Positions 49,701-59,250 of a DNA stretch of 64,000 bases are shown here, one piece after another. Numbering within the stretch: position 1 is the stretch's first letter; every line of letters begins with the position of its first letter. The position numbers were made by a program, and so were the translations under genes. The notes under the pieces were generated by a model, which was not told the origin of the DNA, did not search any database, and saw nothing but the letters and a program-made list of their open reading frames with translations. Source of the DNA: a bacterium. GTDB lineage: Bacteria > Zhuqueibacterota > Zhuqueibacteria > Zhuqueibacterales > Zhuqueibacteraceae. The DNA lies in the NCBI GenBank assembly GCA_044869275.1, contig JBIOXB010000230.1, forward strand, positions 55,033 to 119,032, read 5' to 3'.

Positions 49701-50708
49701 CTATTCGTTGATAATAAACTCCACCGGGTCGCGCGCTTTGTCATCCACCCATACTTCATAATGCAAATGCGGGCCGGTGGCGCGGCCGGTGGCACCGACC
49801 AAGCCGAGCACTTCCCAGCGCTGCACATACTGGCCCGACTTCACCAGGACTTTGTAAAGATGGCCATAAAGCGTTTTCAAGCCATGCCCGTGGTCGAGAA
49901 TGACGACGCGGCCGTAACCCCGGCCGCCGCGATAAGTCGTTTTTGCCAATTCCACGGTGCCGGCTGCGGGGGCATAAACCTCCGTGCCGTAGGGCGCAGC
50001 CACGTCCAGTCCGCGATGATGGCGAATGCGGCGCACGAACGGATCCACACGCTGGCCGAAGAAATCCGTAATGCGGCCGCTCAAAATCGGCTTGACCGAG
50101 GGGATGTGCGCGAGCTGCTGCCGGCGCGTTTCGAAATTCTCGAAAATGGTGCGATGGGTTTGTCGCGTGGCGGAAATGCGGGATTCTAATTGTCCGATCA
50201 AATCCGTCGCCGGTAATTCCTGCAATGCGGAAATCGGCGGCGCAGTGGTGTTCGCGCTGTAAAGATTGCCATCCGGTTGCGAACTACCGGTGCCAAGAGT
50301 GGGCAATATATTATCGTCTTCATCAATATACGCGCCGCCGCGCCCGGTGAGCTCTTCTGCGGCTCCGGCGCCGTCCACGCTATTCAAGGTCATGCCACTC
50401 GGCATCCCCTGCGAGCGCTCGTAGCGGCGCGCCAGGTCTTCTGCCCGGCTTTGCCATTGCTCAAATTGTGTGTGCAACAGCGCCTGCTCTTCCGCCAATT
50501 GCCGGACATGCATTTCCTGGTAAACCCAGCGCGAGCCCAAGAGCAAGGCGGCTTGCAGCAACAAGAACGAAAAAACGGCTCCGCCCAAAATCCGGCCGAA
50601 CCTTTTCGCGTCGAATTCCAGGCGTTGGTAATCGCTGCCCCACGCCGAAAACAGCTCCAGGCGAACCTTTTTGTCGTTTAGATTTGGCAATCTGAAAATG
50701 TTCTTCAT
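49701..50708 (-). CDS. M23 family metallopeptidase
   Basis: N-terminal TM and coiled coil; HRGLD, TLYGHL, TGRATGPHLHYEV. Confidence 0.92.
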   Translation of the reverse strand: MKNIFRLPNLNDKKVRLELFSAWGSDYQRLEFDAKRFGRILGGAVFSFLLLQAALLLGSRWVYQEMHVRQLAEEQALLHTQFEQWQSRAEDLARRYERSQGMPSGMTLNSVDGAGAAEELTGRGGAYIDEDDNILPTLGTGSSQPDGNLYSANTTAPPISALQELPATDLIGQLESRISATRQTHRTIFENFETRRQQLAHIPSVKPILSGRITDFFGQRVDPFVRRIRHHRGLDVAAPYGTEVYAPAAGTVELAKTTYRGGRGYGRVVILDHGHGLKTLYGHLYKVLVKSGQYVQRWEVLGLVGATGRATGPHLHYEVWVDDKARDPVEFIINE

Positions 50709-51155
50709 GGCAGCGCACTCGCAAGACTTGCACGGCGATTCTGGCAATTATTCACAGCATTAAGGTAAATGGCATCACGCCAGTTGGGGAGTGACAACCC
50801 CGGAGCCTGGAACCGTCCTTTGCCTTTCCCCTCTGTCAGCGCCTCCATGCACAACCTCGCAAGATCCTGAAGTGGCCGGGAATCAAACGCGGCGGCGGGC
50901 GTCATGGGAAAATGATTATGGGATGACGTTAAATATACCGCCGAAAGCTCGAAGTACGGAAAACGGACTTGATTACGTAATGGGGAGAAGATATAAAATG
51001 TCTGGGCTAAATAGCAATGGCAAAGTCACATGAAGTGAAGCCGCAAGACTGGAAACCGCGCTGGAAGAAGGACTTGCTTCTACGAGGGCAATTATTATAT
51101 TGCACTTGTAACCTGATTCATCCAAAGAATTCCGCCTCGCCATGGCATCTTATTT

Positions 51156-51611
51156 ATGAGAATTTTGCTGCTCTCTCTCCGCCTCGGCCTGGCGCTGTTC
51201 CAGCGTGTCTGCTATTTTTTAACGCTGGGAATGCTGCCGCCTTTCGTGAGCGTGGTGGTGGTGGTGCGCAACGGCGAAAAAATACTCATGCTCGAGCGCC
51301 GCGATGGCCGAGGCTATGGCTTGCCCGGCGGTTACTTAAAATTGCAGGAGACCGTGGAAGCGGCGGCGCAACGCGAGGTGCTGGAAGAAACGGGCCTCGA
51401 GGTGGAGTTGGTGCGCGTGCTGGGCACGCTTTCGGGGAGGCGCCCGCGCCAATGGGTGAGCACGGTTGACGTGGTTTATGAAGGTATCGTCACCGGCGGC
51501 ACTCTGCGTGGCTCACATGAAGGCCGGCCTTGCTGGGCGAAACTGGAAGACGTGCGCGCACAGGTAGCTTTTGATTATATTGAGATTTTTGACCGGCTTC
51601 AAGCACCCTGA
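51156..51611 (+). CDS. NUDIX hydrolase
   Basis: Nudix box GGYLKLQETVEAAAQREVLEETGL. Confidence 0.9.
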   Translation: MRILLLSLRLGLALFQRVCYFLTLGMLPPFVSVVVVVRNGEKILMLERRDGRGYGLPGGYLKLQETVEAAAQREVLEETGLEVELVRVLGTLSGRRPRQWVSTVDVVYEGIVTGGTLRGSHEGRPCWAKLEDVRAQVAFDYIEIFDRLQAP

Positions 51612-51871
51612 GAACGCCTCTGGGAACAAATGCCCGAGCGTTCTGGCCCGCCCAATGCGCGGAAAAGGCCAAGTGTGATTTCACGTGCACGGCGGGCAGC
51701 CCATACTGCCCGTGACACCTCTATTGTCCATTTGCCTGCAAATTAGATGCCGGCTTTTTTCAAGTGACAAGCGTGTAAATCTCAGTGCTGCGTGTGTCTT
51801 CTATAAATAGAAGGACGACAAACCCGCAGGAGCCCGGAGCATTAACAGAAGTGCCCCAGTGAGATAATATC

Positions 51872-52222
51872 ATGCCAAGCACAGTTCGCGTAAAAATCGT
51901 CTCTGCCCCGAAGACACCCAACGATCTCTGGGTGTGCGACGCACTGCTAGCCAAACCGGGAGATACGGTGAGCTGGGAAAGCGCCCGTGAAGAGATGATC
52001 TTGTTTATTCCCTCCAAAAGCCTTTTCGAGGGCCCGGGCATTCTGCCGGACCAGCGCGTCTTTGAACTCACCGCGGCGCATAACTATCGTCTCGAATTAA
52101 AGCTGAAAGTCGAAATCGGCCGGCCGGAGGAGGCGATCATGATTCCTTACGCGGCTTTTCGTGTTCCCGCGGAGGAGGTTTCAGACGTCGCGATGCGCGC
52201 CAAAATGATTATCAAGCGTTAG
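51872..52222 (+). CDS. Hypothetical small beta-rich protein (116 aa) upstream of the CHAT gene
   Basis: ATG start, protein-like composition, 24-nt gap to the co-oriented CHAT gene; no signal peptide. Confidence 0.7.
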   Translation: MPSTVRVKIVSAPKTPNDLWVCDALLAKPGDTVSWESAREEMILFIPSKSLFEGPGILPDQRVFELTAAHNYRLELKLKVEIGRPEEAIMIPYAAFRVPAEEVSDVAMRAKMIIKR

Positions 52223-52246
52223 TGCTGAAACCAGCGAGGCCGGGCC

Positions 52247-55159
52247 ATGGGCTTTATCCAGTATTTGAATTTCGATCTGCATATTGACAGGGCGGAGAAA
52301 GGCTACCACGCGCACGTTTCGAGCTCGCCGTCGGGCGAAGCCGAAGCGCAATTCGTTTCGCCGTTTTCTGATTCCGAGCTCGAGCAATTCCTGTCACACG
52401 CAGGCCAGGACCGTAGGCGACGAGCGCAGGCCCAGGTGCAGACCAAAGAGCATGTTCAAGATTTCGGCCAGCGCCTTTTCGAAGCCGTTTTCACCGGCGA
52501 AGTCCTGGCCTGTTTTCGCCGCAGTTTCGATGAGGCTCAGAAAAAGGAAATGGGCCTGCGCCTGCGTCTGCGCCTGAAGAACGTTCCAGAGTTGGCGGCG
52601 CTGCCTTGGGAGTATTTATATAATACGGCGAACAATCGCCCGCTGGTGCTCTCCAAAAAAACCCCGGTCGTGCGTTATCTCGATCTCCCTGAGCCCGCGC
52701 CGCCTTTGCGCCTCGCCCTTCCTATGAATGTTCTGGTCGTGATCTCCAGCCCGGTAGAGTATCCCGCTCTCGACGCTGATCAGGAATGGTTCAACCTCAA
52801 AGCGGCGTTCCATAAACTGGAAAGCAAAGGCCTGGTGCGCGTGCAGCGGCTGGAGCAGGCCACGCTGTCGATGTTGCAGAAGAAATTGCAGGAGCAAGAG
52901 TTTCACATCTTTCACTTCATTGGCCACGGGAAATTCGATCGGGAAACGCAGGAAGGCGTGCTGATTTTTGAAGACGAAGAAGGCAAAGGCCGTGCTGAAA
53001 CAGGGCAGGATGTGGGCACCATTTTGCACGACCACACCACGCTGCGGTTGGCGGTGATCAACGCCTGCACGACTGCCAAAGGTGCGGCCGGCGATCCTTT
53101 CGCCGGACTGGCCCAAAGCTTGATTCAGCAGGGCATGCCCGCCGTGATCGCGATGTTGCTGCCGCTACAGGATGAAACCGCGGTGACGTTCACGGATAAT
53201 TTCTATTATTTTCTCACCGACGGCTATCCCGTCGAAGCCGCGCTTGCCGAGACGCGCAAAGCCATCCTGGCGAAAGGCGGCGTCGCAGAGTGGGGCACGC
53301 CGGTACTGTTCATGCGCTCGCCAGATGGCCAGCTTTTCGATTTTCCCGAGCGTGCGCCGCGCGGGGACAATCAGCTCCAGCGCGCCAAAGAAACCGTCTA
53401 TGACAATCCCGCGCCGGGCGTGCGGCAGATCTTGCGCAGAACTGTACGGCCCATGCTCTTGGGGGCGGTGTTGACCCTGCTGCTTTTTCTCTCGTTGGGC
53501 TGGCCTGCGGTCAAAAAAATCGTGACCCCGAAAAATATCCCGAAACAAAAACATCTCGTCGTGCTGCCCTTCGATTACGTCGGTCACGACCCCGAAGGTC
53601 AAGCCTTCTGCGACGGCCTGATGGAAACCTTGACGAGCCGGCTGACGCAGCTGGAACAATTCTCCGAAAGAACCTTGTGGGTGGTGCCGGCGAATGAAGT
53701 GCGCAACACTCACATTCTGACCATCGACGAGGCGCGGCGAAACTTCCGCATCAATCTGGCGATCACGGGCAGCTTGCAAAGGGACCACCAGCGGGTGCTC
53801 ATGACCATGAATCTGGTGGACGCCAAAAGCCTGCGCCAGATCAACGCCGCTTCGATTGCGTTGCGCACGCCCGCGCTTTCCACGATTCCGGACGAATTGG
53901 TCATCAAATCGGCCGAAATGCTGGAGATGAATTTACAGGCACAGCAACAGCGTATGCTGAGCAGCGGGGGCACCACGGTGTCAGCGGCATATGAGGCGTA
54001 TCTGCGTGCGCGCGGCTTCATGCTCAAACATCAAGAGCAAGAACAGTATCTCGACGCTGCCCTCGCCTCCTATCAGCAAGCCGTGACGCAAGATTCGGTC
54101 TACGCTCTGGCCTATGCCGGACTGGGCGAAGGCTACTGGCGGAAATATGAAAAAACCGCGGACCAGCAATGGATCGAGAAAGCGGTGAGCAACTGCAAAC
54201 GCGCCGTGGTACTGCAGCAGGATTTGCCGCGGGCGCACCTGGTCTTGGGTGAAATCTACAACGGCACCGGCCAATACGGGCTGGCACTGGCCGAGTCGCA
54301 GCGCGCGCTGGAGATCGATACCGTCCATGCCGAGGCCCATCTCATGCAAGCGCGCGCGTATGAAAACTTGGGCAGGCTCGCGGAGGCCGAAGCCGCTTAT
54401 CAAAAGTCGATCGCCCTGCGCCCGGAATACTGGCAGGGTCACAACAATCTCGGCGTGTTTTATTATTTGCACGGACGCAGCGAGGACGCGGCCGCGCAGT
54501 TCGAGCGCGTGGTGGCGCTCACGCCCGAAAACATCACCGGCTACAACAATCTCGGCGGCATTTATGCCCTGCTGGAGCGCTACGACGAAGCGCGCATGCA
54601 ATTCGAGCGCGCGCTCGAAATTCAACCCAATTACGAAGCATATAGCAATCTTGGCACGCTGGCTTTTAATGAAGGCCGTTTTGCGGAAGCGGCGCAGCAT
54701 TACGCCCAGGCGCTCGCACTCGATAGCTTGGATTATCAAGTCTGGGGGAACCTGGCCTCGGCTTACTACTGGACCCCGGGCGCGGCCGATTCCGCGCGCA
54801 CAACTTACCGCCGCGCGGCCAAGCACGCCGAGAAAAAACTGCAGGTCAATCCGCGTGACGCCGAGGTGCTGGCCGACTTGGCGGGCTATTACGCGCGCCT
54901 GGGCGCATCGCGCAAGGCCCTGGCGCTGATCAAGCGTGCCCTGAATCTGGGGCGCGACAACGTCTTGGTCATGGCCTATGCCGGGCTGACTTACGAAGAA
55001 ACCGGCCTGCGCGAACAAGCGCTCAAATGGCTGGGCCTGGCTTTGCAGAAGGGATATTCCTTGGCTGAAATCGAGCATGAGCCCGGCTTGCGGAAATTGC
55101 GCGAGGATGGCCGCTTTCAACAAATCGTGGCGAGTCATAAAGCGCCTGCGGAAAACTAA
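52247..55159 (+). CDS. CHAT (caspase-like) protease - TM - TolB-like - TPR protein
   Basis: LPWEYL, HFIGHG (H227), VINAC (C274), EWGTPVLF; TM LLGAVLTLLLFLSLGW; LVVLPF..FCDGLMETLTSRL; many TPR repeats. Confidence 0.88.
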   Translation: MGFIQYLNFDLHIDRAEKGYHAHVSSSPSGEAEAQFVSPFSDSELEQFLSHAGQDRRRRAQAQVQTKEHVQDFGQRLFEAVFTGEVLACFRRSFDEAQKKEMGLRLRLRLKNVPELAALPWEYLYNTANNRPLVLSKKTPVVRYLDLPEPAPPLRLALPMNVLVVISSPVEYPALDADQEWFNLKAAFHKLESKGLVRVQRLEQATLSMLQKKLQEQEFHIFHFIGHGKFDRETQEGVLIFEDEEGKGRAETGQDVGTILHDHTTLRLAVINACTTAKGAAGDPFAGLAQSLIQQGMPAVIAMLLPLQDETAVTFTDNFYYFLTDGYPVEAALAETRKAILAKGGVAEWGTPVLFMRSPDGQLFDFPERAPRGDNQLQRAKETVYDNPAPGVRQILRRTVRPMLLGAVLTLLLFLSLGWPAVKKIVTPKNIPKQKHLVVLPFDYVGHDPEGQAFCDGLMETLTSRLTQLEQFSERTLWVVPANEVRNTHILTIDEARRNFRINLAITGSLQRDHQRVLMTMNLVDAKSLRQINAASIALRTPALSTIPDELVIKSAEMLEMNLQAQQQRMLSSGGTTVSAAYEAYLRARGFMLKHQEQEQYLDAALASYQQAVTQDSVYALAYAGLGEGYWRKYEKTADQQWIEKAVSNCKRAVVLQQDLPRAHLVLGEIYNGTGQYGLALAESQRALEIDTVHAEAHLMQARAYENLGRLAEAEAAYQKSIALRPEYWQGHNNLGVFYYLHGRSEDAAAQFERVVALTPENITGYNNLGGIYALLERYDEARMQFERALEIQPNYEAYSNLGTLAFNEGRFAEAAQHYAQALALDSLDYQVWGNLASAYYWTPGAADSARTTYRRAAKHAEKKLQVNPRDAEVLADLAGYYARLGASRKALALIKRALNLGRDNVLVMAYAGLTYEETGLREQALKWLGLALQKGYSLAEIEHEPGLRKLREDGRFQQIVASHKAPAEN

Positions 55160-55258
55160 TGCGGCATGCATCTGGTTCGGCGCCGCGGGGTTGCCCGGCA
55201 TCCGCATCTTGAAGCTCAAATTCCCAAACGACTAACAAAACTCCATACCTCCGGCAAA

Positions 55259-57466
55259 ATGACCGCTCTTCGTTTCGGATACAAGAAGGGGCTCTGCAAA
55301 TTCCCTGGCTTTCGGCTTTCGGTTTTCGGCTTGCGATTTTGGGATCATGCCTTTTGGCTTTTGAGTTTTGGGCTGCTATGGAGCGGCTGCTCCCGCAGCA
55401 AACTGGTGCTGCGCGCATGGCAAGATTTGCCCAAAATCCATTACGCGATCCCTCCTTTTGCGTCTTATCTTGCCCCGTACAAAATCGCGCTCGATCCGGG
55501 CCATGGCGGGCTGTCACATCTGCCGGGTTACAAGCGCGGCCCCACGGGCAAAGAAGAAGCCGTGATGAACTTAAACGTCGCGCGCTTTCTGCGGGAATTT
55601 TTGGAGCTGGCGGGCGCAAAGGTCGTCATGACGCGGGAAGATGATCGCTTCATTTCTTTGCAAGCGCGCGCGGATATTGCCGCCAACGCCGGTTGCGATT
55701 TTTTGATCTCGCTGCATCATAATGCGGGTGCCAATCCCGCGGCAAATTACGCCGCGGTATTCTACCATTTACATCCCGATTATTCGCCGATGAGCATGGA
55801 TTTGGCGCGGCATGTTTATTTCGGCCTGGTCGAAGCCCTGCGTCTGCCGCAACTGTCACCGGAAGGGCTGCTGTCCGACAAGATCATTTATCCCGCCGGC
55901 TTCGGCTTGCTGCGGGTCTCGCGCCTTCCCGCCATTCTATTGGAATCATCTTTCTATTCCAATCCCGCCGAAGAAAAACGTTTGATGCAGTCGGAGTACA
56001 ATCGCCGCGAAGCCTATGGCATTTTCATGGGGCTGGCGCGCTGGGCCGCCGGCGGCATTCCCAGCGCAAAAATGATCAAGCCCGCCGGCGTTACCCGCGA
56101 GAAAACCCCCGAAATCGAATATGTCTTGTCCGACGGCGTGGCGCAGCGCGCCAACCGCCCGAATGCCCAGTTGCAGATTTATTCCTCTTCTGTGACCATG
56201 CGCCTCGATGGCGAGCTCGTGCCGGCCAAATTTGAGCTGGGGCAGAAGCGGCTTCTTTATCAACCGGATTCCTCATTAAGCAATGGCCCGCATCATCTGC
56301 AAATTGACTTGCAAAACCTTTTTAAGAATCATAATCTGCCGCGCACCGACACATTGATCGTGGCGGCGCCGACCGCCGGCATTCAATTCGCCGCGCCCTC
56401 GTTGCGCCTACCGGGAGACGGCACGGCGCTGCTGCCGTTTGAAATGGTGTTAACCGATGCCAGCGGCCAGGCGGTATGGGAAGGAACGAAAATCTCCATC
56501 TTCGCGGATCGCGGGAAAGCACTCCGTGAGCCGGCGCTGTTGAAAAATGGCCGCGCAGCCGCCTATTTTCAAGCACCCTTTGAAACCGGCGTCGCGCACC
56601 TGATCGCCGAAGCCGACGGCTGCCGCGACACGCTTCTGCTCACACTGGTGCCGCCGGGTGAGATGCGCGTGCTGAGCGGCATCGTGAGCAGGGATTCCAG
56701 CGCGGCACGTTTGGCGGCGGCGCACATTTTTATCGATGATTCGCTGACGGCAATAACGGATGACGGCGGCCGCTATTTTATTCCCGAAGTGGCGGCAGGA
56801 GAGCATCGTTTGGAAATTCGCGCCCGCGGCCATGCCCCGGAACGGCGCCTCATTGCGATGGAGGCCGATCAAAGCCAGATTATTACGGCACGCTTGCGGC
56901 CGCTGCTGGGCGGCGTGCTGCACGATCAAACCGTCATTCTCGACGCCGCCGGCGGAGGAATTGACACCGGCGATCGCTTCACGGCCACCTCGAGCGCGGC
57001 GCAAGCCAATTTGAACCTGGCCATGCTGCTGGCTGATTCTTTGCGCTGGGCCGGAGCCGAGGCCCTTCTCATTCGCAGCCACGACAGCACGTTGGCCGTG
57101 CCCGCGCGCATTGATCAGGTGAATAAAATTTCGCGCGGCTGGTATTTGAAAGTCGGCTATCGCCGCTGGAATTCCGATTCGCTGCTGGTACAGTGCACAA
57201 ATTATCCCGGCAATCAAAGCGGACAACGTCTGGCTGAGGCGATCCACACGGCGTTTGCACAATGGCCCGACACACGAACGCTGCTGCAACAAAACACCAG
57301 CGTGCCGGAAGTGACGCTCACGAACAAAATGGCAGTGGAAGTCCTGATTTTTTGCCGCGAACCTTCCATCCTTGCACGCGATCTGCCGGCCTTGTTCAAT
57401 GGTATTGTCCGGTTCAGGCAGGAAGAGTTGCGCCTGGCGGCACGCGAGGATCCGGCGGCACAATGA
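55259..57466 (+). CDS. N-acetylmuramoyl-L-alanine amidase (Amidase_3) lipoprotein with Ig/carboxypeptidase-regulatory-like domains and a degenerate second amidase domain
   Basis: Lipobox LWSGC; LDPGHGG, KEE..NL, ISLHHNA, ILLE; C-terminal VILDAAGGG; start uncertain (ORF open from 55166). Confidence 0.85.
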   Translation: MTALRFGYKKGLCKFPGFRLSVFGLRFWDHAFWLLSFGLLWSGCSRSKLVLRAWQDLPKIHYAIPPFASYLAPYKIALDPGHGGLSHLPGYKRGPTGKEEAVMNLNVARFLREFLELAGAKVVMTREDDRFISLQARADIAANAGCDFLISLHHNAGANPAANYAAVFYHLHPDYSPMSMDLARHVYFGLVEALRLPQLSPEGLLSDKIIYPAGFGLLRVSRLPAILLESSFYSNPAEEKRLMQSEYNRREAYGIFMGLARWAAGGIPSAKMIKPAGVTREKTPEIEYVLSDGVAQRANRPNAQLQIYSSSVTMRLDGELVPAKFELGQKRLLYQPDSSLSNGPHHLQIDLQNLFKNHNLPRTDTLIVAAPTAGIQFAAPSLRLPGDGTALLPFEMVLTDASGQAVWEGTKISIFADRGKALREPALLKNGRAAAYFQAPFETGVAHLIAEADGCRDTLLLTLVPPGEMRVLSGIVSRDSSAARLAAAHIFIDDSLTAITDDGGRYFIPEVAAGEHRLEIRARGHAPERRLIAMEADQSQIITARLRPLLGGVLHDQTVILDAAGGGIDTGDRFTATSSAAQANLNLAMLLADSLRWAGAEALLIRSHDSTLAVPARIDQVNKISRGWYLKVGYRRWNSDSLLVQCTNYPGNQSGQRLAEAIHTAFAQWPDTRTLLQQNTSVPEVTLTNKMAVEVLIFCREPSILARDLPALFNGIVRFRQEELRLAAREDPAAQ

Positions 57467-57535
57467 ATTCTCCCGTTTGTGAGAAATATGAACACCACTC
57501 CGCCGGCCCAAGCTTCACTCATTGTTGAGCCCTAA

Positions 57536-57665
57536 CAGGGTGCTGAAAAAGTCTCAAATTGGTCGGATTTGTCATTCTCGCGAAAGCGGGAATCCATGAT
57601 TTCATTGGGTTTTCTGGATACCCGCTTTCGCGGGTATGACATCAAAAGAGTTTTTCAGCATCCTG
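57536..57665. mobile_element. MITE-like element enclosing a REP doublet
   Basis: TIRs CAGGGTGCTGAAAAA / TTTTTCAGCATCCTG; CTAA on both flanks (57532-57535, 57666-57669); internal GTCATTCTCGCGAAAGCGGGAATCCA ... TGGATACCCGCTTTCGCGGGTATGAC. Confidence 0.7.
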
Positions 57666-57719
57666 CTAAAAGCTTGAGCAGCGAAACTACCCAACAAATC
57701 GTGAGTGCAGGAGTCTCCC

Positions 57720-58133
57720 ATGCCCAATCTTTGGCTGATAAAGACCGAGCCCTCGGTGTACAGCTATGACGATCTCGAACGTGAAGGCAAAACCGTGTGG
57801 GACGGCGTGAGCAGCAACGCCGCGCTTAAAAACATGCGCGCAATGAAGAAAGGTGATCCGGTTTTCATTTATCACAGTGGCGGTGAGAAAGCCGTAGTCG
57901 GAATCGCCACCGTCAGTACTGATCCTTATCCCGATCCCCGGCAAAAAGATCCCAAGCTGGTGGTGATTGAAGTCGCGCCGAAGAAACGCTTGCCGCGCCC
58001 GGCGCCGCTGGCGGAGATCAAAAAACTAAAGGCGCTGGCAGATTTTGACCTGGTACGCATTTCGCGATTGTCGGTGATGCCGGTGACAAAAACGCAATGG
58101 GATATAATCGTCAAGATGAGTGGTGGGGATTGA
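57720..58133 (+). CDS. EVE domain protein
   Basis: WLIKTEP, WDGV.N..A, MKKGD..FIYHSG, RLSVMPV...W. Confidence 0.92.
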   Translation: MPNLWLIKTEPSVYSYDDLEREGKTVWDGVSSNAALKNMRAMKKGDPVFIYHSGGEKAVVGIATVSTDPYPDPRQKDPKLVVIEVAPKKRLPRPAPLAEIKKLKALADFDLVRISRLSVMPVTKTQWDIIVKMSGGD

Positions 58134-58339
58134 CGGGCATCGATTCCTGTGCCGCGGGCCTCGACCTCGCCTCAGTTTCCCCTTTCCACTTCTTCCTTGG
58201 CTTGCTGGCATTCGAATCTGATCGCCACCGGGTTCATGCCATCCACGCGCGGGCCCGGCGGCCACAAGAGAACAAAGCCATAAGGCCCTCAAAGTCAGAA
58301 AAACTCTGCAAGTTTTTTCGCTATATTACGAATGAGAAG

Positions 58340-58376
58340 CGACCAACGGATTCAAAATAATCCGTTGGTCGTTTTT
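58340..58376 (+). terminator. Hairpin / probable terminator between the convergent EVE and OMP genes
   Basis: CGACCAACGGATT-CAAAAT-AATCCGTTGGTCG followed by TTTTT. Confidence 0.6.
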
Positions 58377-58466
58377 ATCCGTTGGAGAGTTTTTTGTCTA
58401 AAGCTGCCCCGTAACGAGCTTTGGTTTTCATCCCGACCCTTCGGGATGAAAATCCGCTATAGCACT

Positions 58467-59012
58467 TTACAAACCAAACATGAGGCCAACCGTGACGACG
58501 TAAGAGTCGCGGTCGATTTGCACGCCGGGCACCTGATCAAAATTATAATTGAGAAAAACGTAGCGCACGTCGCCGGTTAATTTTGTGGCGGACCCCAGCG
58601 GCAATTCCACGCCGCCGCCGAAATGCCAGCCGAACTCCTGTGTGGTTTCCTCTAGCACCGCTCCGCCTGCAGCCGGGGCGAACTCGAATTTCGTATTATA
58701 CCAGCCCGCGCCGATGGCGCCATACGCGAGGGGAAGCGGATAAAAGAGTCCCGTCACCATCACCGGCCAGCTGCGCACGGTCAATGCTTCATCCTGGAAT
58801 TTCTCCTGGCGATAATTGATCGAGCCTTCGACGCCAAGAGCCGGCGTCAGCTTCAGCCGCAGAGCCAGGCCACCCATGAGCTTGCCTGCATCTGCGTCCT
58901 TGGCCTTTTGGTATCCGATCTGCGGACCGAATCCCACGCCTTGGGCGCGCGCTGGTGGTGCAAGGACCGCCGCCCACACCAAGGCGAGGCCTGCGATGAT
59001 CATTTTCTTCAT
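58467..59012 (-). CDS. Small outer-membrane beta-barrel protein (OMP_b-brl / porin family)
   Basis: Signal peptide; YGAIGAGWY, FGWHFGGGVE, DVRYVF, TVGLMFGL; AGGAGG RBS. Confidence 0.85.
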   Translation of the reverse strand: MKKMIIAGLALVWAAVLAPPARAQGVGFGPQIGYQKAKDADAGKLMGGLALRLKLTPALGVEGSINYRQEKFQDEALTVRSWPVMVTGLFYPLPLAYGAIGAGWYNTKFEFAPAAGGAVLEETTQEFGWHFGGGVELPLGSATKLTGDVRYVFLNYNFDQVPGVQIDRDSYVVTVGLMFGL

Positions 59013-59250
59013 GATATTTACCTCCTTAAAAAACTATCCCAATTTTCAAGTTGAAAATTGAAGCTCTTCGAGCAGCGAATTTCAAGCTCACGGAATTGGA
59101 ACAGCTCACGGAAATGAAGGCATGAGAATATTTTTTCCGTGAGGGTTCTTGTCCGTGAGCCCAACTTTCAGATTTTATTCTGAAAAGCTAATGGCCTACG
59201 CCGGATTTTCAGACAAGCTGAAAACCAAAGCCAGGCGCGGCAGCATTGGA

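Noticed and set aside
50750..51150. c-di-GMP or other riboswitch upstream of the M23 gene
   Set aside because: A GGCAAA is present on the minus strand but the rest of the consensus could not be matched by eye; an Rfam scan is needed
76..56576. Many long antisense ORFs (for example 490-1188, 8550-9704, 12087-13379, 31854-33209, 48098-49528, 53981-55219)
   Set aside because: They lie opposite well-supported genes, show no motifs, and are expected shadows of GC-rich codon usage
58172..58237. 21-aa minus-strand ORF MNPVAIRFECQQAKEEVERGN
   Set aside because: Too short, no recognisable motif and no convincing RBS
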